63,796 bases of DNA, filler included, from Saprolegnia diclina VS20 (GCF_000281045.1; 6 parts of 3 records of this genome joined end to end with filler, not necessarily neighbours in it), one strand, 5' to 3'; shown: positions 24,000-37,507, numbered from the whole stretch's first letter. The notes: generated by a model from the sequence alone, not told the origin. Translations and numbers: made by a program.

Positions 24000-24872
24000 T
24001 GCCCTTTGGTGCCGCCGTCGCTTTGGAAAAGTGCCCTTTTCTACCGAGCGAGGTCTGCGTGGCTGAAATCACGCCACTTAGCGCCACTCCGAAGGCACGA
24101 CCGAGATGACTCACTCGTGGGGCGTGGCGATACCGAGCATTCAAGGTGCGCAATGCTCGAGTAGGCACAACGCGCGCGGTGGAAGAAGCGTGCATCAAGA
24201 AGGTGTATGGCAACCACAAGCAATCCCTAATTCCGTGCTGGAGAGATCCGATACAACTGTACTTGGTGGGTCGCTATGAGCAGCAGTAGCTCGACATTTT
24301 CTTTGTCATGATGGGGGTTGTTCGGACGCATCGTTCCTCGTAGTTGAGAGCAGACTGCGTCCTCGAGAGTAGAAAATTTGGTCAATACGTCGGCACGATC
24401 CCTATTATATAGACGAGCGCTTTTTGCGTTGTCTTACAAAGGCTTTGCATGCGTAGAGAGTAGCTATTTCCTTCGTCTTTATTCGCTCGCCGGGCCGTGG
24501 CTGCGCAGGCGGCGGCACGGCGGTTCGTCTTGCTCTTTTGCAGTCGCCCGGGGGAGCTTGTGGCCGCGAGTGAGGCCAAGAAAATAATGATTTGCTTGTC
24601 AATCCATGGGGAAACACGTGCATTCAGGGCTGAATCCCATGTTCATCTCGATACTGGAATGACCGAGCGATAGCACGTTGCTTAGCCCGGGGTTGGGAGC
24701 ACGGACTCTTCTCGCCGCCTCGAGTTGCGTGCGATTAGCGCACTATTTTATTTGCGTCGCATTTTTTAAATTTCAGCGCAAAAACATGGGTGGCGGCTCC
24801 GAGGCTCCCCGGCACTGGCGTAATTCTGGCAAGTGCCAAAATTACCACATTTTGTAGCCGGTATCTTTGGTC

Positions 24873-27722
24873 ATGATCTACGTACCGTCGCTGCCTGCGA
24901 CCGACGTGGTCGCCGACGTCTTTGCCTACCTGCAGGCGCAGCTGCATGCGCAAGCTCACAGCACTGACGAGCTTCGGCCAGCCCAGACCATCGACGCCTT
25001 TGTCAGCGCCATCTACCGCACAAACCCGGTCCACGCATCGTGTGTGCAGCAGATTAAGGCCGACGGCCACCGCGCCCGCGCGCGCCTGGGCGCTATTCGG
25101 CGGCAGTGCCATGCCGATGCAGCGCAGCGAATCCAGCGTATTCGCGCGGCCAAGGCCATGTTTGCGAGCCGCGTCGACATGGCGCGGCGCGACGTGCAGA
25201 TCAAGCAGACGCAGCATGCCGTAGCGCACGCGCAGCGTGTCGCGAGCGCCACAGAGCAAGTCGACGTACGCGCTTTGCATCAGTTCCACGTGCTTGGCAA
25301 TAACGAATGTACTAGAGCCTCCTCTTTGCCTGTGTGGGCGAGATGCACAAGGCGCTGGCGCGGGCGACGCAGCGCGCACTCGGACAAGCCGACTCGGTGG
25401 AGGCCATGGTATGCCTTTTACACATCAACGCTTGATAGTAATCACAGAGCTAGACAAATGCGGCCAACGCCAACTTGCTCTGGTCAATCGTGCTTGCCCG
25501 TCTGGCCGAGGAGACGGGATCACCGCCGTTCGAGCACGTACCTCGGCTCGAGGTCCTCCCAAACTCGACGTTTGGCCTCTCCCCGCGCATGGACAGCATG
25601 GCGCAGAGCATATCGCCCTTCTTGCGCAAGCAGCTTAACCTCACTGATGCCGACGACCTTGTCATCACTCGCGTCATCCTCGTGCCAAGCAAAGCGTCCA
25701 GTACGTACACCCAACATTCTAGTCATGCTGGACACTGATTAGGTGGCGCCAAGCCGCGCCTTGTGCTGCCACCGACATCAACGACAACCGGTTTGCAAGC
25801 GCTCGAGCAGCTGCTATCGTGTGGCGACGTCGCTCCTTCCTCCAAGAAGAGCAAACGACCGTCATCGAGCCGACAAGAACGCGTCGTTGTCTCGATGTCG
25901 TCGTCGACACCGCTGAGCACATCGGCGCTGCGCTGGCTTCCACTGCAGCCTTCCACGTGCGTGTGATCTTCTCGAGACGGTGCGCCATGGTTGCTGTAGG
26001 TTACCGCAAAGCCCGATGAACGACCACCTCTACTTTTGCTTGGACGAGTATAAAATGCGATCCCAGCTCGAGGATCATGCCGCCATCACGGAAATTGCGT
26101 CACGCGACTGGACACCGAGCCGCACCGACGCGCTCATCGCCGCCTTTGTGCGCGCGCCGTCCGACGTGTGCGCCAAACTCGACCTTGCGAGTGCGTTCGA
26201 CATTGACACGGTTCTGCGCAGCGACGACGCGGACCACGTCTTGCGGGCGACGTCACCCAGTGTGCCCCACCCCCCCTTGCACTTTGGCGTCGCATCGGTC
26301 GGCCACTTGATCGAGACAAAGCAGTGGCGTGAGTACGCGGCGCAGCTGCCCCCGGACACTCGAGCGTCCCTCGAACGACTGTACCAACGAAGCGTACATT
26401 ACTGTGGCAAACGTCGGTTGTTGTAGGGCCCCCCACACGTTGCAGAGTCGGGGCCGGCTCTCGCAGCTCTACATGGCGACAAGTGCTATAACGAACGGTG
26501 CCCTTGTCGGTGCGGCGTTGCACCCGCTCTCGACAGCGATGCTCGACGAACTCGTTGGTTTGTATCTCTTGCGACCGATCAAAGTGAGCATTTTGAACCT
26601 TCAAAAAGATATGGCCCGTCGGGATCGATGTCGCGACTAGATGCCGGCCATGGCGACTACGCTCTTCGCACCGATGGACGCGCTTGGCGACGCGGCCCTT
26701 TGTCGAATTGACAATGTGTCTGCGTTGCTCACAGACAGTGTATGTGTGCCACATCGAGCGCTCGTGCAAGTAGCCACTCTCTCTCGATTCGAGTCAATAC
26801 ATCATGGCGGTTGATAGTATACAAGGGTGCCACTCGACCAAGCGACGCAAGGGCTTGCAGCTAACTGCGACGACCCCCTCGGGTCATTTTGTGCCTATCG
26901 CGGGTGTTCCCACCGCAATGTCTTGCGCCGACTGTGTCCTCTGCACGCTGCCCTGTGCGTACGTTGACCGGATCTCGCATTGTCGTAAGCTCGTCTTGTG
27001 CATAGAAGACCGCAAGTGTTGACGAGGCAGCCGAGTACATGGAGGCAACACCCTCGCTCGAGCCGACACTGACGGCGTGCGGGCTCTTGCCTGCCACCGA
27101 GCTCCGACAGATCAAACAAGCCAGCCGGCTGCTGGATGTAGGAGCAGGCTTGCTGACGTAGCAACGACTTGAGATTAGGATTTGCTGCATCGGCGACTCG
27201 AGACGCGTCTTCTGACACTCGTTACGGACAGTGTGACCACGGCTTATCATCGGCATGTCGTCGCTGAGGCACCAAGTGCGACCGTCACGAGCTTGGCCGC
27301 CGCGCTGGCCCTCGAAGAAGCCACAACCAACGACGTCCTCGGTCTCGCTCGCCTCGGTTGGTCGTCGTTGACGTCGCAGGCTCAATGCTCTACTATCTAG
27401 GAGTCTATCCAACAGCCGAAGTCGCGTTGCTCAAGCGGCTCGAACAGCGTTTTCAAACCACTGTACTACGCGTTGTGCGTCAATGGTGAGTGAATGGTGC
27501 GACACTAGGGCGGCAAAGAGGTCGACCAGCTACTGGCCTTCTGCGAGAAGAAGCACGCGCTCTTCCGCGCACGGCGCACCGACGAAGTACGCTCCTCTGC
27601 CATTGCACGGTGCGAGACGCACTGGCGTAGGAGGGCGCGCGACAAAAGCTGCGCAAACCACCGCTTCGCCATGCCAAGTCGTACCAACATCTGCCATCGC
27701 ATCGTCGACCGCTGCAGATTGA
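24873..27722 (+). CDS. hypothetical multi-exon protein; boundaries uncertain, may be more than one gene
   Basis: Chain of GC3-rich plus-strand coding blocks (24873-25265 coiled-coil-like, 26000-26392, 26427 onward, 27182-27360) separated by GT...AG segments. No family recognised. Confidence 0.4.
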
Positions 27723-27902
27723 GGGTCCGTTGCGCCCCGTCTCAGCACGCAGTAGTTGTAGCAGCGGCAGCAGCGGCAGTAGCAATGGCAGCACGGACCC
27801 TACCCCTTCCAGAAAGGCACCGACCAAGCGGCGCAAATAGCAACGTAGCAACACCACACACAAAAAGACAATATTGTCCATTGGCTACCACATGGCGCAC
27901 AA

Positions 27903-29526
27903 CTAGGCCACGGCTTGGTAGCCCGTCTTGCGGCGCGCTTGCTGGAGCCAGACGCTGCCCATACCGACAAGCACGATGCCAGCGAGCACCGCGAGTGGCC
28001 AGAGGAGCCCCGACGACGTTGTCATGGGCAGCACCAAGAGGCGCGACGTGTACGGGTTGAGGAACTTGCCTGTCGGGTCCCATTTCGCTTGGAGCTGCGC
28101 AAAGTTGTCAAAGCGCGGGTAGACCTTGCGCATCATGGCTGCGTCAAAGTAGTTGACCTTGCCGAGGTGCGGCCGCGCGCCAAAGTTGCTGGAGAGGACG
28201 TTCTGCATGCCGTGGTGGTACGCGAGAAGCGTTGTCGAGACATTGGCTGCATTGCTGGCGTTGGCATACACAATGGTCGAAAAGACTGCGGTGTGGCGAC
28301 CGTAGAACGGAGAGAGCCAAATCGCGTCGGCTTGCACGTAGCGCACACCGAGAAAAATAGGAATCTAGATCCGAGATGAATACTTGGACGAGATCGACGC
28401 GGACGTACGGACGGGTCGTGGGCCGGCGCGAGGTTGGCGTGGAGCTCGAGCATGCGAGCGAGCCCGTCGAGGTCGTGTTCGGCCGGGATCATCATTTCCA
28501 TCTCGGTAAAGAGCTTGGTGTTGTTCTCGCCGACGCGCCCGAGCGTTTTGTAGCTCACGTCAATGCACGACGTTGTGTTCTCAGGCCAGGACGACCATGT
28601 GAGCGGCGGCGGCGTCGACGGCGTTGACGCCATCGAGCCGTTCCAGCAGCCCGTCGTGATGGGCGCGGTCGTGTTGACTCGCAGAATAACTGTGACGGTC
28701 TTGTCGTGCGGGAGGTTCGCCATGTACCACTGCAGCCGCGGAAAAGCCTAGTCTCGAGGCATTAGGATTGTTTCGTATAGCGTTCGGATAGTTGATTTTG
28801 TGGATAGAGGGTCGTGGATAGAGGAGCGTACCGCTTGGAGCTTGCGCAAATCAAAGAGGAATTCATCATGAGGCATGTTGAACGTGATCTGCTCCATGTG
28901 CCAGAGCGGAATGTGCTCGAACGTAATGGCGCTCACGACGCCGAGCGTGCCCATGGCGACGCGCGCCGCGTTGAGGAGGCCGCCGCCGTCAATGTGGACG
29001 ACCGACCCGTTGGCGACCACGATGTCCATGGCCACGATCCCCGTCGAGATGGACCCTGTGTTGCCCGTGCCATGCGTCGCCGTCGCCGTCGCGCCCGCTA
29101 GCCATGCGTGTGAGATGGAGGCATTTCGAGAGAGATGGTGGTCGTACCGGCGGTCTGGACGGCGACAGCGCCGGCGTTGGGCAAGGCGCGCTTGTGCGAC
29201 GCGAGGATCTCGTTGATGACGTGGAGTGGCATGCCTGCCTGGACCGTGATCGTGTCTTGCGTGAGCTCGAGAAGGCTTGCGTAGTTCTCCAGCGTGATGA
29301 GCGTCTCGTTCGTCAATACGATGGGCGAGAACGAGTGCCCGGCGCCGGCGACGCGGACGCGGCTGGCTTTGGCCACGATCGCCTGCAGCTCGGGCAGGCT
29401 CGACGGGCGCGCATGCACTGCGGGATGGCACACCTGGCGCGTGTCCCAGTTGGTCCACGTCTCGCGGTCGCTGGTCATCGCCGCGACGACACCGACAGCC
29501 AGCATGGCAACCCACGTCCGAAGCAT
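27903..29526 (-). CDS. FAD-linked aldonolactone oxidase (L-gulonolactone/D-arabinonolactone oxidase family) with signal peptide and C-terminal TM helix
   Basis: WTNW, RVAGAGHSFS (covalent-FAD His motif), ATATHGTG, GARPHLGK, WDPTGKFLN. Hydrophobic N-terminus and C-terminal LLWPLAVLAGIVLVGMGSVWL. Intron 29098-29147 plus two more. Confidence 0.9.
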
Positions 29527-29830
29527 CCTCGGCCGACGAATTCTGGAAATGCTCCGTATCCGGACAGATCAGACGGAGCAAACAGTGGCATCGTACCGTG
29601 TACCCACGACCGAGAAGGATCCAAGGACCAGGCGTCTCGCCGTGCCAGTAGGCAACAGGAGTCCAAGTCCATCGTTCTAGTAGTTCTAGTAGGTATATAT
29701 AAACAGCTACAACTCGTCGTACACTATAGCGTTCCTTGCACCGTGCCCCAGCTGTCGCAGCCGCTGTGCAACTCGTCGACGTGCAGCCGCTCGTTCACCA
29801 TGATCAAGTGCGCTTGGCAGTAGCCTCGCT

Positions 29831-31962
29831 TTATCGCAGCGCCAAGCAGCAAGCACGCAGCTCGTTACACGCCACGCGGTGCCATTTGCAGCCGGTTGCT
29901 GGCCTCTCGTGGCGCCACGTCATCGCACCGCCTTTCTGGCCGCAGGCGTTTTGCTCCACGGACGGGCGCGCAACCACAAATGTGCAGCCTCGACATGCCA
30001 TTGGATGTAGATGGACGTTGATGACACTTGTACTTTCTCTGCTAATCCAAACAACAGTATCGTCGAGTCCTACGATGTCGGTTGTGGTGGTCGCCGTGTG
30101 GCCGACGGTTGGTGCAGCACAAGGTTTTGATAGCGCTGAAAGACGCTGGACGCGTGCGCAATGCCCTCTGTGATACGAGTCTTGGCCGCCTCGAGGGCTT
30201 CGACGCCGTTGTACGTGGGTAGTTCGAGACCATCGAGCGCGGTTTTGAGCTGGCGGAGACGGTCCAGCTGCGCATCCACATGGTTGTGGTACTCGGTGCG
30301 GACGTTGTCGCGGATGGTGTGGAGCTGGTCCATTTGCGCGGCGTGCTGGCGGCATTGGTCGTCGAGCGAGTCGGTACTCGTCGTGGGCAGGCCGAGCATG
30401 CCTTGCGCATGCTGGAGCAGCACCGACGTGTCGTGCTGGGCGGGCTCGGCGTACCGCCTTGGTTGCTGCGACAGTTGGTGAAGAAGACGCGCATGGCATA
30501 CCGACGTACCAAGCGCCGACGGAGAACGCCCATGTCGGCGGTGAGCGACGCTTGGACGTTGCTGAGGCACGTCTCCAGACCAGCCATCTGCGTCTCTTCG
30601 TACTTGAGCAAGTGCGAGAGCAACCTACACATAAATATGGGCGTGTTGCCAAATGAACTACGGCATTGAACAAGTACAGGAGCCGCGCCGACTGCCGCTC
30701 CAACGTGTCGAGGATCTACACGAGCGTAAGGCCACCTTCGTGTCTCGACCAGCGTGGCTACTGAAGCTTGGTCGGCCAAATGCCGCGTCTGCCGGTCGAT
30801 CTTGTCCTTGTAGTCACCGAGCACGATGCTCGTCATTTGCAGTCGCCCGAGTTCGTCGAGCCGCAGCGGCAGCATGTCGGTCAGCAGCGTCTGCGTTTCG
30901 TCGACCACCGAAGCGTTGGCCGACACGAGCCCGTGATGGGTAGCCCTACTCGCAATGCACCATCCGTCGCCAAACAGAGTTTATTGCTGCATCAAGTACA
31001 ACGTACGAAAGGGTCGCCGGGTCCATGAGTCGGGCACGCGCCAACGCATGCGCCATCTGCTGCTGCCGGTAGCTCGAGCGTGTAGCGCGGGCCGTCGCGT
31101 CCAGTTTTGTGTGGAGAGAGTGCAGTGCACTGCGCGGATACGCAGCGACAAGCCGATGGAACTCGGCATTGCACGCCTTGAACTCGCGCTCCTTGGCATC
31201 GTCGACAAGGTCCATCTCGTCAACGAGGCTCTCGTGGAGCCAGCGCACGCTGCTAGACCGGGTCGGTGACTCGGGGATGGTTTCGAGGCCAGACGGGGCA
31301 GGGCGTCGGAAGAGCGGCATGAGCTGCGCCTGGATGCGGTCGAGCAGCTTGTCTTCGCGTATCGAGAGGTGGGCGCAGACGGTCGGCGACAAAAACGCGA
31401 GCTGCAGCGCATTCTCCGTCTGTTCAAGCGCGTGCAAGAGGCCATCGATCGCATCGGTCACGGAATGGCTTTGCGCGGGCGCCGGCGCAACCATGTCGAG
31501 GCCTGTATCTAAAAGGCGGCCCGTCTCGATACGCTTGGTGGCCACGGCGGCGCGCAGCGCGGTCTGCTTCTTCGTCTCCATGGCGACCTGTCGTTCCAGC
31601 CGCGCAATCTCTTCCTGCAACGCATCTGCATCGTCCTCGTCGTCCTCGTCGTCGTCGTTGTCCATCGTGATGGCATCGCCTAGAGAACCAAACACCTCAC
31701 GCTCCTTGGTGGCCAAGGCGGCGCCGTCCAAGAGGTCGATCGAGGCCACGAGCGCCCGGTCGTGCGTATCGAATTGCGCCGGCAGCGAGCTCTCGTCGTC
31801 GAGCGCATGCACGAACCAGTGCAAGAAGCCTTGGAGCCGCATGGACGGGTTGCCGTAGAGGGCCTCGAGCGCGTCGCTGCGCACGTCGATGGGGCAGCCC
31901 AGCGCGCCGAGCTTCCGCGCCAGCGCCAGCCCCAGCCCCGGGCTCGCCACGGGTGCTGCCAT
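29831..31962 (-). CDS. HAUS augmin-like complex subunit 3-like coiled-coil protein
   Basis: N-terminus LARKLGALGCP...ALY...FLHWFVHALDDESSL and EFHRLVAAY resemble the HAUS3 N-terminal domain from memory; long coiled coils; multi-exon; 3' end approximate. Confidence 0.55.
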
Positions 31963-32157
31963 GGTTCAAATCTGTCGTCGACGTCGGATTGGACAATTTC
32001 TTGTGCCGTCAAACGCGCCCATTGGTGCGTTGCCGTTGTTTTAAGCCAATACACAAAGAGTGTTTGGTTCGGCATCTGCCGCATTTGACATCCGACCATC
32101 ACTCGCATCCGGATACTGGGAATACGTGGGCCATTTCCATTGCAGCACAGCACCACC

Positions 32158-33297
32158 ATGGCGCTACCAGCGTACGCATGGGCGCTATGGGCGCTCCTCG
32201 CCGTCGTAACGCTGCTCGTGCTCGGGTACATCGTCCGCCGCAAGGTGCGAGGAGCCTCTCGCGCCCGGCAGCTCCGTGCTGGCGTCCAGGGTGCCATCGA
32301 GAAGACGCTGTATACGACTGTCGCGTCGCCCCGCCAGCCATCACAAGGTATACACTGCAGCAGCTTGGGCGCCCCCGACTGATGCATTGCATATGCCGAC
32401 TAGTGCCATTGATCTCGTCCAACGAGCTTGAGGTCGTCGGGACGCTCGGCGGTGGCATGTACAGCGTCGTGGCTAAAGCAGTCTACCAAGGCCGCGACGT
32501 CGCGCTCAAGACATTCAACTACATTAGCCAGTTGGACGACTTTGGCCGCCAAGCGCAGACCTTGTACCAGTACGTTCGAGCGCTCGCTCTGTAGAGAAAC
32601 AGGCGTGTAGCCTCATTTCTGAGTGTGTAGGCTACGGTCGCCGTACCTCGTGTCGTTGGTCGCAGTCGCTGACGTAGCGTCGGCCACCCCGCAGCTTGTT
32701 TTTGAGTTTATGGACGGCGGCAACCTCGACAGATATATCTACCGGGTACGTCGTCCGCACTCGCCCGAGGCCATTGCGCTTGCTGTTGCCCGGGGTCTGC
32801 AGGGTTTGCACCACTACGACGTTGTCCACCGAGACGTGCGGTTGCGGAACATTCTCGTCGCGACTGACGGCCGCATCAAGCTCGCCGACTTTGGCTTTGC
32901 CCGCGAGAACGCGCCGCTCAAAGAGCTACCAAAGCGCCAAGAAATGAGAGCGTCGATGCCATTGGCGTACGGACCTTGCGCCTTGACAAGACCGCCACGC
33001 AACTACTGGGTCGCCCCCGAGGCGCTAACGTCCGGTGACGCGGGCACACCCACCGACATTTACCAACTGGGCACCGTCATGATCGAGCTCATGTGGCAGG
33101 ACAAGCATGGCAGCATGGATGAGTTTGCCGTCTCGATCATGAACGTTCAAGCGGGCACGGCGACAGCCGACCTTTTCGGCGAAGCAGACTGGTACCATGA
33201 GCTCGCGCTGCGTTGTGTGGCCCACACACCGTCGATGCGACCAACCGCCGCCGAGATCGTATATACCATCGAGCAACATCTGCACGATATTGTCTAA
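32158..33297 (+). CDS. TKL-like protein kinase with N-terminal transmembrane anchor
   Basis: TM segment (AWALWALLAVVTLLVLGYIV-RRK), GGGMYSVV, VALK, HRDVRLRN, DFG, WVAPE. Introns 32348-32403 and 32570-32630. Confidence 0.88.
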
Positions 33298-33577
33298 TGA
33301 ATGTCTGCTGGTATTATTGCATTTGGTCGTGGTGGATAGTCAAAACTACTTACGAAAAGATTCGGCAGATGCCACCTTTGTAGCCCGCAACATTTTTGCT
33401 GGCGCCATTTTGCAACCGTCCCAAGCCGAGCAGTCATGACCTTCCCAGCGTAAGCGTGGGCCCTCGTGGTGCTCCTTCCCGTCCTGCGGCTTGGGTTCGG
33501 CCACCGCAGATAGCTCATCGCCATCGAGTTACACAAGCGCACATGTGTCTTGTATAAATATACAACGTGTCGACAAC

Positions 33578-36033
33578 CTAGGGTTCGGGGAGCGCGCAGC
33601 GACACGTGGGGCACTCCATCTTGACGTGCATCCACTCTTGCAAGCACGGACGGTGAAAGATGTGGTCGCAAGGCGCAATCATGTAGTCCCGGGCGTCCAT
33701 GTCCAGCTCGACCTACGGAATTCATCAGCACCGATCGATTCGACAAAAGTAGAGAACCGACCATGCAGATGACGCAATCAATCTCGTCGCCATGGTTGGC
33801 CCGCAAGAGCGACATTTGGTCGGCGTTGATGCGGCGTTCGTAGTTGTACTTGACGGGCAGGAAGCGCGCTGGCACAAAGAAGCGCGGGCCACAGCGTTGC
33901 TGTAAGAGCAGCACCGCAATCTAGCCACAGCAGAGGGTTGTCGAGGCCCCACGACACCGTACGACGTACTTGCAACGCGACCCAGCCCACGAGGAGGTAG
34001 CACATCCCTGGCTGCACTTGCATTTGGTACTAGACGCACGCCATGAGTCGACAAATGCCATCCAAACCGAAAATATTTCGAAAAAAATGAAAAAAAACAG
34101 GATTGAAGCACGTACCACGGGCAGCGCCGACAAAAAGTTGCTGGGGCAGCCGTAAAAGTAGAGCGGTAGAAAGAGCCGCGAGACCGACATGCCGAGGATG
34201 TACACGAGATCGAACGGACTGCGCACTTCCCGGTGGGCATTGTGGACGATCTGCGGCACCCAAAACGAAAACGCGAGCAAGACGAGCACATTGAGATAGT
34301 GCTAGCGTGGGCATCATCATCACCACAAGCTTCCGCATGGCGAAGGACGTACCCACGCATAGTAAATGAGGCAGAGACCCGTGAGGAGCGAGATATAAAA
34401 GCGCGAGTACAAGGTCGTGAGCTCGCGCCGCATGAGCAGCCAGCCTTGGGTAAAGTTCTGCGGCCGGCGCGCCTTCCAGATGACCAAGAGATACCGCATC
34501 TCAAAGATCGAGAAAATGATGAGCTCAAAGAACGAGACGGTCGCAAAGAGCGTAAAGATCTGCTGCGCGACGATGCCGACCGTCAAGTGCGCGAGACACA
34601 GGTACGAGTCGACAATGGCTTGCGCGCCGACCGTGAGAAGACTCACTTTGGCCGCCATGGCTTGCGTCGACGAGAGCTGCAGCTGCCGAAGGAGGAGGTA
34701 GATTTGGAACATGGCGAGGAGCGCCATCAAGATGGCATAATGCGACGCTTTCGAGAAGAACACGTCAAAGTTCTCGCCAACGTACGTGACGTTGGCACTC
34801 CAGTAGAGTTGACAGCCTTCGCTGCCGACAATGCCGTTCAGGCCGGCAACCGAGTGCTGGTGAAGCATGGTGACGGGTGCGGCCGACGCGTCCTTCTTGA
34901 TGTCGGGCGATCCAATGTTCATGTCGAGCGTGTAGCTGCACTGGTCGACGAGCGACTGGCCCGTGCGAAGGCGCTGTTGCTGCTGGCCATTGTAGCTACT
35001 CGACAGGCGTGTATAAGCCTCCAATAGACAAGAGGAAGGAGGGGTCGAACATGGAGAAGCGGGGCGGCGACACTTCAAAATGCATTTGCTCGTCGTCGAG
35101 CGGCGCCGACTTGTTGGTGGATGTAAGCGACGAGGAAGAAGCGTTGCCTTTGGCAGTGATCGTCGCCGGCGATGACGTCGACGCTGTCATCGACGGGTAC
35201 ACGAGCTCGACTCGCGCGTCCGGGAGGTTGCCATAGAGCGTGAGGCGGCCAATGCGCCGGAGAAAGACTCCTTGCACGTTGAACATGGTCATGGCCAGCG
35301 TCGACTGCTTGTCGTGCATGATGACTTGGCCCGTCACGTACGCCACATCGTCGTTCATCTCCGCGACCGGCGTCGGCTTGGTCGTGAGGACGAGCCAAAA
35401 GACACCGCCGGGGGAGAAGGACGCGACGTCGGCCGTGTACGGGTTGAGGTTGGCGTCGTACTGCGCGTACGGCTGGATTTGCGGATGCACATGGCGCCCG
35501 ACTTCGTTGGCCGCGGCCTGCGTCTTGTAGTCGGCGGCCTGCAACGGCGCCCAGAGCCCCGAGTAGATACCCGAGACGTTTTCGCTCTTGTTCATGTGCT
35601 ATGTACCAAATCGATGAGTCCCAAGAGGCAAATGCAGATGGACGCGTACGCCGAGCGGCTGGACGTCGGCCATCTCGAGGCCCAAAAGGCGCTGGAAATA
35701 TGCGATTTGAGTCGCTCGCTCCGTGTCATTGTCCGTGTACGGCCACTACAAGGCGCGTGAGCTCATGTAGCATGGGCGAGAGGAGGCGACCTGCGTGTTC
35801 TGGTGCGACGTCGTCTTTTTCGCGAGCCGCTGGCTGCGGTTCGTGCCATCGAGGAAGAGGATGAAGAAGCAGACAAAGATGGTCGTGCTGAGGAGCCGCT
35901 GGAGCCGGCCGCGCTGCATGTCCATCTGGTACTCCTGCTCTTCGCGGTTGAGGACGAGCATGTTGCCCGGGCCATTGAGCGTCCCGCCCGGCGAGGCCGT
36001 GTACAGGAGCACGACGCCGTCCCGGTTCGCCAT
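33578..36033 (-). CDS. transmembrane RING-H2 E3 ubiquitin ligase (Tul1/Dsc1/FLY1-like)
   Basis: Multi-TM region with QAIVDSYLCLAHL, SIFEMRYL, SFWVPQIVHN, RLFLPLYFYGCPSN, GPRFFVP...YNYER; C-terminal DCVICM...APCDHIFHRPCLQEWM...CPTCR; multi-exon. Confidence 0.9.
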
Positions 36034-36595
36034 GGACCCGAACTTCGTTTTTATTCCGTCCGGATACACAACCCGAACGCAATCGAACGCGGGGATCCGG
36101 ATATTGGGGCGAAATAGGTTTAACTCATTTACCTAATAGGTTGAATGGGTGGAATGGTTGAACGTCGGGCAAAATGCGTTTAACGAGGGCCAAAGCCTGC
36201 GCGAGGCCCACGCCCAGCGCCAGTGGCGTCCTCTATATCTATAGTCTCATTGTGAACCACGCTCGGATAAGGTCTTTCGTGCATCAAGCTATGCAGCCCA
36301 AACTCTATTTCCCACACCGTTTCCCACGCGCAAAAAACGCGCAAAAAACGCGGTGGTTTTTGTACATATTGTCATCGTACGGGGCCTACAACGGACTCGA
36401 CGCGTCGTGGGCGCTTCACTGCCTCAAGGATGAAGCACACTATATTCTTCACCCTGGGTAGCTCAAGCTGTACCCGTCGTGGCTTATGACGCTCGATCCA
36501 AACCCGTACAAGAATAGTGTGTATAATAAATCACTTCAGTATGCCTACAAATGGTACATAATGTACAAACTAACGCGGCGACCGTTTCCCGTGCT

Positions 36596-37507
36596 CTATT
36601 CAAGCATCGGAATCGCGTGGAAGAAGCGGCTGGGCGTCTCACGGTCGAGGGGCGCGCGGTGCAGGACGTACATGCGCCATTTTTTGATATCAAAGAGGTA
36701 GAGCCCCCCGGCGTGCTCGATCGAGATGATGCCGGCCATGAGCGCCGACGGTTTGTCGACAAAGAGCACGCCTTTGTGCGACCAGTCGTCGAGAACGAGC
36801 ATGTATTTGGCCGGCGCCGAGAGCAGCAGCGACGGCACGTCCATCGACAAGCCGCTCTTGAGCACATATTTTTCAAGCAAAAAGCACAGGACGATTGCAA
36901 GCACGCAAATGAGAACGGAGAGGCCAATGCGGTGGACAAAGCCCACTTCAACAAACGCACTGTGGCAGTGCAAGCCAAAGTCCATGTCGATCGCGGTGCA
37001 GTGGCGGTCCGTGTAGGCCACGTGCTCGCAGGGCTCGAGCGCGGTCCAGACAATCATGATGAACCACGTCGAGAGCGAGCTCAGGAGCGCATACGTCGAA
37101 GTAAACTCTTGCGAGATAAAGCTAAAGCTGTCGTTGAGGACGAAAATGAGCCAGTTGAGCTCGCCCGCGGCCAGCACCAAGTTGTACCACAAAATAGTCG
37201 GCGACGTAAACACGGTATACGCCCCAATTTGAGAAATATTGAGCACGTTGGTGTGCAAAATGATCATGGCCGAGAGCGACCGAATCAGTAGGAACGGCCG
37301 CCCGACCCAGACAAGTCCAAATGTTCGGTTCATCTCGAACAGGTTCAGCCCCTCGATACGACCCCGGCTGTTGATGGCATAGAGCGCAGTAAAGCTGGCG
37401 AGGATCAAGAACACCATTGTGATGTACTGGACGCTGAGCGAGAGCACATTTGCCAGATCTTGACGGACTTCGGCGGGATTTGCCTGCATCGTGATCGTGC
37501 TGAGGGG
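36596..37507 (-). CDS. C-terminal part of a large polytopic membrane protein (oomycete-type family)
   Basis: NLFEMNRTFGLVWVGRPFLLIRSLSA, DKPSALMAGI, YLFDIKKWR. Open to the gap; mirrors the repeat in 37695-40553. Confidence 0.8.
   Translation of the reverse strand, partial: PLSTITMQANPAEVRQDLANVLSLSVQYITMVFLILASFTALYAINSRGRIEGLNLFEMNRTFGLVWVGRPFLLIRSLSAMIILHTNVLNISQIGAYTVFTSPTILWYNLVLAAGELNWLIFVLNDSFSFISQEFTSTYALLSSLSTWFIMIVWTALEPCEHVAYTDRHCTAIDMDFGLHCHSAFVEVGFVHRIGLSVLICVLAIVLCFLLEKYVLKSGLSMDVPSLLLSAPAKYMLVLDDWSHKGVLFVDKPSALMAGIISIEHAGGLYLFDIKKWRMYVLHRAPLDRETPSRFFHAIPMLE

Noticed and set aside
27761..27790. GCA/GCG triplet run
   Set aside because: Short, imperfect low-complexity tract with no supportable function.
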